Positions 11,578 to 19,554 of a stretch of DNA of 49,318 nt are shown here, piece after piece (position 1 is the stretch's first letter; each line of letters opens with the position of its first letter). The notes under the pieces were generated by a model. The model was not told the DNA's origin. It searched no databases and was given only the letters and a program-made list of their open reading frames with translations. The translations under genes and the position numbers were made by a program. The stretch comes from an uncultured Acidimicrobiales bacterium (lineage in GTDB: Bacteria; Actinomycetota; Acidimicrobiia; Acidimicrobiales; SHLQ01): the NCBI GenBank assembly GCA_964612655.1, contig CAZTDG010000003.1, positions 1 to 49,318 on the forward strand. The letters run 5' to 3'.

Positions 11578-13869
11578 CTACAAGTCGGCGGCATTCATCG
11601 CGTGCCACACCTTTTGCGGAGTGAGTGGCATGTCGAGATGGCGGACACCCAGGTGCGAAATGGCATCCAAGACCGCGTTGTGAACCGCCGAGGTCGACCC
11701 AATCGTGCCGGACTCGCCAATCCCCTTCGCCCCCAAGGGGTTTCGGAACGTCGGCGTTTCGGTGTTGAAGGTCTCGAAGAACGTGAACTCGGTTGCCGCA
11801 GGTAGGGCGTAGTCGGCGAGATTCGACGTCACCGGGTTGCCCCAGTCGTCGTAGCGCACCTCTTCGTAGAGGGCTTGGGAGATGCCTTGGGCGATACCAC
11901 CGTGCTGCTGACCCGTGACGATCAGCGGGTTCAGGATCTTCCCCGCGTCGTCGACCGCGATATGGCGCAGAACTTCGACCTGACCGGTATCTGCATCCAC
12001 CTCAACAACAGAGAGGTGGGCGCCAAATGGGAAGGTGGCGTTGTCGCCGTCAAAGTCCAGCTCGAACTCGAGCCCAGGCTCCATTCCCTCAGGCAGCCGT
12101 GCCTCGTCATGGGAGGCTGCGGCGAGTTCAGCCCAGCTCACCGTCTTTGTTGGCACGCCTGCGACCGCCAATCCGCCGGAGGCTTTGACGATGTCTTCTG
12201 GTGCCGCTTCGAGTAGGTCCCCCGCCAGAAGGGTGGCCTTCTCAAACACTCGTTCCGATGCGACAAACACCGCCGACCCTGCGGTCTGCAACGAGCGCGA
12301 CCCCATCGTGCCGGACCCCTTCGGGACGTCATCGGTATCGGACTGCAAGACGGTGACGTCCTCGATGGGAACGCCGAGTTGGTCGGCCACGATCATCGAG
12401 AACGACGTGATGTGGCCTTGCCCATGGGCACTGGTTCCGACCCGAGCGATCACTTTGCCTTCGGGCGTTACCTCAACTTTGCCGTACTCAACGTGCAGAC
12501 CAGCGGGTGCGGTGACCTCGACGTAGGTGCACACGCCAACGCCGAGCAGGCGGCTGTCACCGCGCTCGCGTCGAGCGGCTTGATCTGCTCGCAACGAATC
12601 GATGTCGACTTCTTCGAGCGCCCGGTCGAGGGCCTTCTCATACGCGCCGTTGTCGTAGATGGCTCCCGACGCGGCGGTGAAGGGGAAGTCGGCTTCGTCA
12701 ATGAAGTTGCGGCGTCGAAGTTCAACGGGGTCGATGCCGAGTTCGCTCGCTGCAATATCGATGATGCGTTCGAGCATCTGGGTGGCCTCGGGGCGACCGG
12801 CGCCGCGATAGGCGGCGATGGTCGGCCGGTTGGTCACCACAGCGTCGGCGGAGAAGGACACCTTCGGGATGTCATAAACACCCTGAATGACCACCTGTGT
12901 GAAGGTTGGGAGGATCGCACCTGAACCCGCATAGGCACCGACGTCGGCGATTGCCTTGCACGACAGCCCGGTGATCTTGCCGTCGGAGGTGAAGCCCATC
13001 TTTGCGTTAAGGATCATGTCGCGCCCCTGATTCATGGCGACCATGTTCTCGCTTCGCCCTTCGACCCAACGACAGGGTCGACCGAGATGACGAGCGATCC
13101 AGGCGATGGCCACTTGCTCGGTGTACAACCCGTTCTTCGAACCGAAGCCACCACCCATGCCCTTTGGTACCGCGACACGCAGAGACTCAGGATCGACGTC
13201 AAGGTTCTTGGCGAGAGCGTTGCGAACGGCCTGTGGTGCCTGGGAGGGGATCCACATCGACAGCCGATCACCTTCTGGAATCGCTACGACCCCGTTCGGC
13301 TCCATCGGCACGCCGGCTAGGCGCTGGCTGTGAAGGCGCAACTCGGTGACGTGCTCCGCGTCGGCCAACGCATCGATGTCTTCGCCGAGGCCAGTATGAG
13401 AGCACACATTGGTGCCCGCTTCGGGGAACAGCAATGTGGCTGAGTCGCTTGCGGCCACCTCGGGATCGAGCACGACATCAAGATCTTCGTAGTCAACGAA
13501 GATGGCTTCGCCGGCGTCGACGGCTTGGGCCTGCGTCTCGGCAACGACGGCAGCGACGATGTCGCCGACCAGACGTACACGTTCCGAAGCGAAGATCGGC
13601 CGGGCGAAGTGCGCCGGCCCGAACCGGTACGCCATAGGCGCGATATCGGCGTTGGCGGCGGTGAAAATTCCGACCACGCCTGGCATGGTCTCGGCATCAC
13701 CAATATCGATCTCGTTGATGATCCCGTGCGCCAGAGTTGAACGCACGAAGTGGACGTGCAGCGCACCCTCCACATCAAGGTCATCGACGAACAGCTCATC
13801 GCCCGTCAACAGGTTGGGGTCCTCGACACGCAGTACTGCGTTTCCAAGAATGGATCCTTTGACATCCAC
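11578..13869 (-). CDS. Xanthine dehydrogenase / aldehyde oxidase family molybdopterin-binding large subunit (form-II CoxL-like)
   Basis: 763 aa. N-terminus GNAVLRVEDPNLLTG...; active-site loop AAYRGAGRPE (form-II type, not the form-I AYxCSFR motif). Confidence 0.85.
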   Translation of the reverse strand: MDVKGSILGNAVLRVEDPNLLTGDELFVDDLDVEGALHVHFVRSTLAHGIINEIDIGDAETMPGVVGIFTAANADIAPMAYRFGPAHFARPIFASERVRLVGDIVAAVVAETQAQAVDAGEAIFVDYEDLDVVLDPEVAASDSATLLFPEAGTNVCSHTGLGEDIDALADAEHVTELRLHSQRLAGVPMEPNGVVAIPEGDRLSMWIPSQAPQAVRNALAKNLDVDPESLRVAVPKGMGGGFGSKNGLYTEQVAIAWIARHLGRPCRWVEGRSENMVAMNQGRDMILNAKMGFTSDGKITGLSCKAIADVGAYAGSGAILPTFTQVVIQGVYDIPKVSFSADAVVTNRPTIAAYRGAGRPEATQMLERIIDIAASELGIDPVELRRRNFIDEADFPFTAASGAIYDNGAYEKALDRALEEVDIDSLRADQAARRERGDSRLLGVGVCTYVEVTAPAGLHVEYGKVEVTPEGKVIARVGTSAHGQGHITSFSMIVADQLGVPIEDVTVLQSDTDDVPKGSGTMGSRSLQTAGSAVFVASERVFEKATLLAGDLLEAAPEDIVKASGGLAVAGVPTKTVSWAELAAASHDEARLPEGMEPGLEFELDFDGDNATFPFGAHLSVVEVDADTGQVEVLRHIAVDDAGKILNPLIVTGQQHGGIAQGISQALYEEVRYDDWGNPVTSNLADYALPAATEFTFFETFNTETPTFRNPLGAKGIGESGTIGSTSAVHNAVLDAISHLGVRHLDMPLTPQKVWHAMNAADL

Positions 13870-13954
13870 AGCGATGCACTTCTTTCGTCGTTCTCCACCG
13901 AGACGCTAGCGGAACGTTTCGCCGACGCAGGCGTACGGAAAGCCACATTCTCCC

Positions 13955-13983
13955 TTGACAACCTCTTCTAAAGGCCTTATATT
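13955..13983 (+). promoter_or_regulatory. Near-consensus sigma-70/SigA-type promoter TTGACA-17 nt-TATATT, positioned for a leaderless transcript
   Basis: TTGACA at 13955-13960, a 17-nt spacer, and TATATT at 13978-13983. The ATG at 13990 is 7 nt after the -10 hexamer, where a transcription start is expected. No room for an RBS. Confidence 0.6.
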
Positions 13984-13989
13984 TAGGGC

Positions 13990-14406
13990 ATGATTACAAA
14001 GCGGCAAACCAAGTTGCAAAATATGCAAGCGCACGCTACGACTGCGCTCGATGGCCAACTCCACGAAGGCGAGATCATCGAATCGATGGCGGCCCAGGGC
14101 CAGATGTGGATGACCCACTTTTTCGAGCTAGCTCGCTTGTTCGGTATTCAACCCCGCGCATACCTGATTGTGACAAACCAGCGAGTCCTTATCGCAAAGC
14201 TTCCGGGCAGGATTCCTGCAAAGGACATCGCAAAGGTGCAGAGCGGGACGATCGTCGAGCAAAGGCCTCGCCTGCAGGACGAGGCATTCGTCTTCAACAC
14301 GACTGCGCGCGAGCTTCATGAACCTGGTCGAACAATCGGTCTCCAAGCGATCCGAGTCGAGGACTGGCTGTTCACTCCATCCTTTGGGTGGCAGTTCGTC
14401 GGCTAG
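13990..14406 (+). CDS. Small cytosolic protein, bacterial PH-domain-like (hypothetical)
   Basis: 138 aa. The core YLIVTNQRVLIAKLPG resembles bPH/GRAM-like domains. Third codon positions look visibly more A/T-rich than in the neighbours. Confidence 0.55.
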   Translation: MITKRQTKLQNMQAHATTALDGQLHEGEIIESMAAQGQMWMTHFFELARLFGIQPRAYLIVTNQRVLIAKLPGRIPAKDIAKVQSGTIVEQRPRLQDEAFVFNTTARELHEPGRTIGLQAIRVEDWLFTPSFGWQFVG

Positions 14407-14485
14407 TGCCGCTCGGCTCCACAACTACACCTCAGTCGGGCGTCGGTTCTCCCCTCCTACCGGCGCCCGACAATGGGGTCTGGCA

Positions 14486-15484
14486 CTACCGACGACGCTT
14501 CGCGGTAGGCGCCGCCACCATTCGGCCGTCTGACTTGCCGGTGATCTTGATGATGCCACGGACTTCGGCGGCGGTGACGAAGCTGTTGAAGTTGCGGTAG
14601 CCCAAGGCGCGTTCGTTGAAATCGCCATCGCGTTTGCGCAGCGCAGTCTTCAGCCCGGTGAGCGGGATGGGCCCACTTTCTTTCACGAGCGCCGAGAGCA
14701 GTGCATCAACTTCTGCTGCATTCGAGCCCGAGAGTACGACCTCAGGGTCACCCGTCCCGGTGAGCTCGATCTGGCCCTTGTCGGCCAAGTCGGCGAGCAG
14801 CGCGCCGAAGGTCCTAAACCCGAGCTCGGCTTCGGAAAACGTCGGATCCTTGCGCAGTAGCGCTCGCTTCAGACGTGACGACCGGACAGTACCCGAGGCT
14901 GCGCTCAACCCGGCGAGGGTGCTGGTAACGATGCTGATATCCGTGTTGGTCGTTGGGCCGTCGTCTTCGGCCTTCGACTTGCTCTTCTTCTTGGTCGGCT
15001 CATCGTCGGACACGAGGTTGTCGTAGAACATGAACTCATCGCACGCTGGCGGCAACAGCTTTGACGTGCTTTTGCGAATTCCGACGCCGATCACCTGTCG
15101 GTCGAGTTCGCGCAGCTTTTGCACGAGCGGGCTGAGGTCGCTGTCGCCCGTGCAGATCACGAACGTCGAGATGTAACTACGGTCGAGTGCGAGTTCGATC
15201 GCATCGATTGCCAACTTGATATCGGCTGCGTTCTTGCGGCTGCCCCCCATCTTCTGCGGGATATCGACCAGCTCTACCTGATGACGGGTGAGCATGCGCC
15301 GGTCGCTGTCGAAGTACGACCAATCGGCGTAAGCCTTGCGGTGAATCACTCGTCCGCGTTCGGCGAGCGCGTCCGCGACCGGGCCGAAGTTGAAGTCAGC
15401 CCCAAGGTTGTCGCGAGAGCCGATCGCCAAGTTCTCGTAGTCGAGAAAGACGGCGATGCGCGGTTCGGTTTCGTCAGTGGCCAT
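14486..15484 (-). CDS. NYN-domain (LabA/PIN-like RNase) protein with C-terminal OST-HTH/LOTUS repeats
   Basis: IAVFLDYENL...KAYADWS...KNAADIKLAIDAIELA...FVICTGDSDLSPLVQKLRELDRQVIGVG is a typical NYN core. The C-terminal half has two repeats of the type FSEAELGFRTFGALLADL / FNERALGYRNFNSFVTAA (LOTUS-like). Confidence 0.8.
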   Translation of the reverse strand: MATDETEPRIAVFLDYENLAIGSRDNLGADFNFGPVADALAERGRVIHRKAYADWSYFDSDRRMLTRHQVELVDIPQKMGGSRKNAADIKLAIDAIELALDRSYISTFVICTGDSDLSPLVQKLRELDRQVIGVGIRKSTSKLLPPACDEFMFYDNLVSDDEPTKKKSKSKAEDDGPTTNTDISIVTSTLAGLSAASGTVRSSRLKRALLRKDPTFSEAELGFRTFGALLADLADKGQIELTGTGDPEVVLSGSNAAEVDALLSALVKESGPIPLTGLKTALRKRDGDFNERALGYRNFNSFVTAAEVRGIIKITGKSDGRMVAAPTAKRRR

Positions 15485-15547
15485 GGCTAAGCCTCTCAGA
15501 CAACGTCGCTGGCTGCGCTCTCTTCCCGAGTTATCCGCGTTCCCCAG

Positions 15548-17257
15548 CTACCTTCGGGCAAAAAGTCGCTCGAGGATCCGGTACTCGCTGAGCGACAGCG
15601 TGCCCGCAAGGTCGATGGCAACGTTGTTCGAATAGACCATGTCGACCGCCTGATCGACCGACGCTGCAGCGATCTGTACACGACCGTCTCGTTCGATTCG
15701 CTGCACCACCTGCAATAGGTGCGACTCGAGGAACGCTTCGCCATTGGCGTTCATCGTGGCAGCTTCCATCGGTGCCCCGTCGCTGAAGACGATCAGCACC
15801 TTTCGAGGTTCCGGGCGGGCGAGCAGCCGCTGGTATGCCCACACGACGGCTTCGCCATCGATCCCTTCACGGAAGTGTTGGGTGCGCATCATGGCCGCCA
15901 CCGAGCGGCGCGACCGCTTCCACGGCGTGTCGGCGTCTTTGTAGATGATGTGGCTACGTTCAGCGAGACGACCGGGTGCTTCGGGTTCGCCAGCCCGGCG
16001 CCATTCGCGCAACGACTCTCCCCCGTTCCAGGCGTTGGTGGTGAAACCGAGAATCTCACTTGTAGCCCCGGCAAGGTCGAGTGCTCTGGCAAGCGTGTCG
16101 ACGAGCACGGTCACCGACTGGTGACGTTGTCGCTTCATCGATCCAGAGTTGTCGACCAGAAAGCTCACCACCGCGGGAGCGACAGGCCGAAAGCGCTGCT
16201 TTCGAAACACGTGGTGATTCGTTGGGTTGGCCACGATCTGACCGAGGCTCGCCGGGTCGAGAAATCCCTCTTCTTCCCCCGACCGCCACCCATCCTCAGA
16301 AAGGTCGACGAGAAGGCGTTGTAGACGCCTCGCCAGCGTGAAGGCGCTCACCGATTGCGCGGCGATCTGTTCATCGAGCCCTATGCGCAGGTCTCGAAGC
16401 CGGTCTTGCGGGTAGAGGTCTCGTCCGTGGAGTTCGACGTCGTGATCGGTGGTGAAGACGTGGTAGCCGCCGACCGACCCGAGCTCTTCGCGATCACCTC
16501 CAACACCTGGGGACTCGATACCGGGCATTGCTTGTTCGCCATCATCATCGTCGCCCTCTCCCCATTCGGGAGGCACGAAGAGCGCTGCCGCACTCCGCTG
16601 CGCGTCGGCGGAGACCTCCGTCGACGACTCGGTCACCATGTCCGATATCGCGTGGGCCATAGACAACGCTGGTTCGATGTACGCCCGTTGATCGTGACGA
16701 TGCTCTCGCAGTCCTTTAAGGGCGACGCCGATGATCGGAGAAATGAGTGCACGGGTGCTCTCGATCCGATCCTCGATGAGTTCGTCATGGATTGGCGCCA
16801 CCAGCCGCGACCGCACCATGTGCATGACCGTAAACAACAGCATCCCGATTGCCGTCGACGAGACCTCTTCTCTCGCACACCACGCCCGGAAGGCCTGGTC
16901 AATGTTGCGCCGAGCGCCCTCAAAGGAAGCTGGCACAAGTGATTCGCAGCGAAGCTGTTCGACCATGTCGTACACGATCCGTGCAATAACGTCGGTGGGC
17001 TCATGGTCGGCGAACATCGCAGCGTCGGAATGCCGGAGCCGTATGGCGAGCGCATCGTACACGCCGCGCTCGACCACCTCATCGGCTATCGCTCCGCCCT
17101 CGCCGACAGCCGGTTGCAGATAGGGCGTCGATACACCGATCGCTCGCTCGTCTACCCGTAGCTGGTGGGCCCGGTACTCCGCCGTCGGTCGCTGACCCAG
17201 TGCCCGGATCACCGCAGCGCCGTTTCGCTCGCTTCGGCGGGCGTCTGCGGTCGTCAT
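15548..17257 (-). CDS. cobT: Cobaltochelatase CobT-type subunit (vWA domain)
   Basis: C-terminal vWA domain with MIDAS motif FLVDNSGSM. Length and position directly after cobS fit. ATG at 17257-17255 lies 1 nt after the cobS TGA (17261-17259); the upstream part of track ORF 15548-17326 overlaps cobS and reads as nonsense. Confidence 0.75.
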   Translation of the reverse strand: MTTADARRSERNGAAVIRALGQRPTAEYRAHQLRVDERAIGVSTPYLQPAVGEGGAIADEVVERGVYDALAIRLRHSDAAMFADHEPTDVIARIVYDMVEQLRCESLVPASFEGARRNIDQAFRAWCAREEVSSTAIGMLLFTVMHMVRSRLVAPIHDELIEDRIESTRALISPIIGVALKGLREHRHDQRAYIEPALSMAHAISDMVTESSTEVSADAQRSAAALFVPPEWGEGDDDDGEQAMPGIESPGVGGDREELGSVGGYHVFTTDHDVELHGRDLYPQDRLRDLRIGLDEQIAAQSVSAFTLARRLQRLLVDLSEDGWRSGEEEGFLDPASLGQIVANPTNHHVFRKQRFRPVAPAVVSFLVDNSGSMKRQRHQSVTVLVDTLARALDLAGATSEILGFTTNAWNGGESLREWRRAGEPEAPGRLAERSHIIYKDADTPWKRSRRSVAAMMRTQHFREGIDGEAVVWAYQRLLARPEPRKVLIVFSDGAPMEAATMNANGEAFLESHLLQVVQRIERDGRVQIAAASVDQAVDMVYSNNVAIDLAGTLSLSEYRILERLFARR

Positions 17258-17258
17258 C

Positions 17259-18185
17259 TCAGTGCAACTCGGTATCGAACGCTCGCTGGAAGTACTCGGC
17301 GACCAAGGGCTGCTCGGCCTCATCACACTTGTTCAGGAACGCCAGCCGCAGCGCGGTCGAGACATCGCCGAAGATGGCGAGGTTCTCGGCCCAGGAGATG
17401 ACGGTCCGCGGCGACATCACGGTGGAGAGATCGCCAGCGGCGAAACCGTCGCGGGTCAATTCGGCTACAGCAATCATCTTGTCGACGACGGAGCGATCGG
17501 CATCGGGCACCTGAGCGAGCACGATCTCGGCCTCCTTCTCCGGAGCGAGATAGTTGAGCGTGGCAACGACATTGAAGCGATCGATCTGGGCCTGGTTGAG
17601 CAACTGTGTGCCGTGGTAGAGCCCCGTGAGGTTCCCGAGCCCAACGGTGTTTGCGGTGGCGAACAACCGAAAGGATGGGTGCGGGGTGATCACTCGGTTC
17701 TGATCGAGCAAGGTGAGCCGACCGTCCTTCTCGAGCACCCGCTGGATCACGAACATGACGTCGGGCCGGCCCGCGTCGAACTCATCGAAGATCAAGGCGA
17801 CAGGGTTCTGCAACGCCCACGGCAACATGCCCTCGACAAACTCGGTGACCTGCGCTCCGTCGCGAACCACGATCGCGTCGCGACCGACCAGATCAGACCG
17901 AGTGATGTGTCCATCGAGATTGACCCGAACAGCTGGCCAATTGAGCCGGGCCGCTACCTGTTCGATGTGGGTGGATTTGCCCGTACCGTGAGCGCCTTGC
18001 ACGAGCACACGGCGATTGTGCACGAACCCCGCCAAGATCGCGAGGGTTACCTCGGGATCAAACGAATACGCAGGATCAACAGCCGGCGTCCACTCAGTAG
18101 GTTCGGCGAAGGCCTGAACCTCAAGCTCAGACGCAAAGCCAAAGACCTCTTCGACATCGACAACAACACTCGGCGATTCGTTCAC
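17259..18185 (-). CDS. cobS: Cobaltochelatase CobS-type AAA+ ATPase
   Basis: Walker [10 protein letters not shown] and Walker B LIFDEFD. Several blocks match proteobacterial CobS as I remember it: [62 protein letters not shown]. Confidence 0.85.
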   Translation of the reverse strand: MNESPSVVVDVEEVFGFASELEVQAFAEPTEWTPAVDPAYSFDPEVTLAILAGFVHNRRVLVQGAHGTGKSTHIEQVAARLNWPAVRVNLDGHITRSDLVGRDAIVVRDGAQVTEFVEGMLPWALQNPVALIFDEFDAGRPDVMFVIQRVLEKDGRLTLLDQNRVITPHPSFRLFATANTVGLGNLTGLYHGTQLLNQAQIDRFNVVATLNYLAPEKEAEIVLAQVPDADRSVVDKMIAVAELTRDGFAAGDLSTVMSPRTVISWAENLAIFGDVSTALRLAFLNKCDEAEQPLVAEYFQRAFDTELH

Positions 18186-18209
18186 CCCCGCAACGCTATC
18201 GCCCGCATA

Positions 18210-19157
18210 TCACTGCTCCAGAATTGGAGGGCGTTGCCAGATCTTCAACCTGCTAGTCGTCGCCACAACGAGCGAACGGCCGTCGGGCGAGAAGCCCGCT
18301 GCGCGAATCTCCTGGTTCGACCCGGGCAGCTGGGTCAAGCCACGGAACGAGTTGTAGAGGTTGGCGTCGCGGGCTTGGAGAACGACACGTTCGGTCGGCC
18401 AGTCGATGGCGCACCGAAACAACCACCAGCTGTCAGCGGTGCTCGTAGCCAGTCCCCCACCAAAGAAGCCAGAGATCGGGACGAACTCATCGGCCATCGG
18501 ACCGAGGCCAGCACAAAGCTGTCGATTCTCTGTGAGATGAGCATCGATGTTTGGATCGGGATCTTCGGCGACGATCTCACCGGTTGCGACGTCAATCACC
18601 CAGCGCCCGCGACCGACGACCAGCAGCAACGTCGCGTCCTTGGAGAAACCAACGGCGAGAAGATGCCTGATGGATTTCTCGGCCACAAGCGCCCACGGTT
18701 CTGGTGCCGGAGCATTCTCCAGACCAGCGATTCGCTGGCGAACCTCGTATCCCATTTCGAACTCCGAATACTCGTGTGAGATCCGCTCCCCGACAACCGA
18801 GGACGCGTGATGGATCAAGCCACCGATACTGCCTGACTCGATGTACTCAGGTGGGAAGTCGGTGACCCCACGCTCAGCAAAGAAGGCCACCGCTCGGCTG
18901 AACCTCTCGCCAGAGTGAGGTGCCTGCTGCTGGTACTGCCATCGCCTGTCAGCGTCCTCGAACTCTCGTTCATAACAATCATCTGCAGGGATCTTCCCCG
19001 TCACCGGGTCAAGATCGCCTTGGGTCGCATACTCAAACCGTTGATACTCCGGATCAAGACCGCGATCGATGAACTCAATCCCAGTCTCCTGCAAGCACGA
19101 GACAAACCGCCGGTACGCCGCCTCGTACTCCTCAAACGTGATCGGTTCCAGGTTCAT
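18210..19157 (-). CDS. Hypothetical cytosolic protein; C-terminal WD40/beta-propeller-like repeats
   Basis: 315 aa, no signal peptide. The C-terminal IRAAGFSPDGRSLVVATTSRLKIWQ is a classic WD40-blade pattern. RBS GGAAGGTGA lies upstream of ATG 19157. The stop is 24 nt before the cobS start. Confidence 0.65.
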   Translation of the reverse strand: MNLEPITFEEYEAAYRRFVSCLQETGIEFIDRGLDPEYQRFEYATQGDLDPVTGKIPADDCYEREFEDADRRWQYQQQAPHSGERFSRAVAFFAERGVTDFPPEYIESGSIGGLIHHASSVVGERISHEYSEFEMGYEVRQRIAGLENAPAPEPWALVAEKSIRHLLAVGFSKDATLLLVVGRGRWVIDVATGEIVAEDPDPNIDAHLTENRQLCAGLGPMADEFVPISGFFGGGLATSTADSWWLFRCAIDWPTERVVLQARDANLYNSFRGLTQLPGSNQEIRAAGFSPDGRSLVVATTSRLKIWQRPPILEQ

Positions 19158-19319
19158 CGCTCACCTTCCGCTCTTCTATTGATCTGACGCTAGTCACGTT
19201 GCCCGTGCGACCTCGTTGCGAACAGCGCCTCCGGCGCGTCGCGGTCAAGACACGTTTCGCAAGCACGTGAAGCGAGGCAACTAGTGCGCCAGCCGCTGGT
19301 TGAGGACAACGGGCCACAA

Positions 19320-19553
19320 GAGTTGATCGGAGTTCGTCGACACGCCGAGGACGGATTGAGCAGGTCTCGATTTGTCTCCAAGGACTCGGTCGGTCGCATC
19401 GGTGGCTCGTAGCCGACATTGGCGAAGCGAGCGGAGCGATGCGAGACGGAGGCGAAGACCGCCGGGGCGATCGACGGAGAGGTCTTGGGGGCAACAAATC
19501 GAGACCGTTCCAAGCGCCGGCGAAAGGCGTGTCGACGAAACGGAGATCAACTC
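19320..19553. repeat. Long rod-like nested inverted repeat (candidate structured RNA, giant 3' stem-loop or MITE-like element)
   Basis: Collinear complementary segments read directly from the sequence:
- 19320-19328 GAGTTGATC with 19545-19553 (9 bp)
- 19333-19346 TTCGTCGACACGCC with 19526-19539 (14 bp)
- 19363-19375 GGTCTCGATTTGT with 19494-19506 (13 bp)
- 19386-19396 with 19468-19478 (11 positions, 1 mismatch, 1 G-U)
A 16/19-nt internal loop lies between the second and third tiers. Only Arg-rich junk ORFs cover the region. Confidence 0.8.
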
Positions 19554-19554
19554 G

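Noticed and set aside
15548-18185. Reading cobS/cobT as a generic MoxR-vWA conflict or defence pair.
   Set aside because: CobS shows long blocks that I recognise as near-identical to bona fide CobS, and CobT has the expected size and MIDAS motif. I therefore treat them as true cobaltochelatase subunits. Only their gene context is flagged as unusual.
17262-18779. 505-aa + strand ORF.
   Set aside because: It is antisense to cobS and the WD40-like gene, and crosses their intergenic spacer. Composition is junk-like.
19158-19554. Cobalamin riboswitch upstream of the cobS/cobT string.
   Set aside because: I looked on the minus strand for a B12-box-like core. Only a loose GCCACCG was found, and the conserved GGTG..AATCC / GCCACTG arrangement is missing. 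The region is better described by the long nested inverted repeat.
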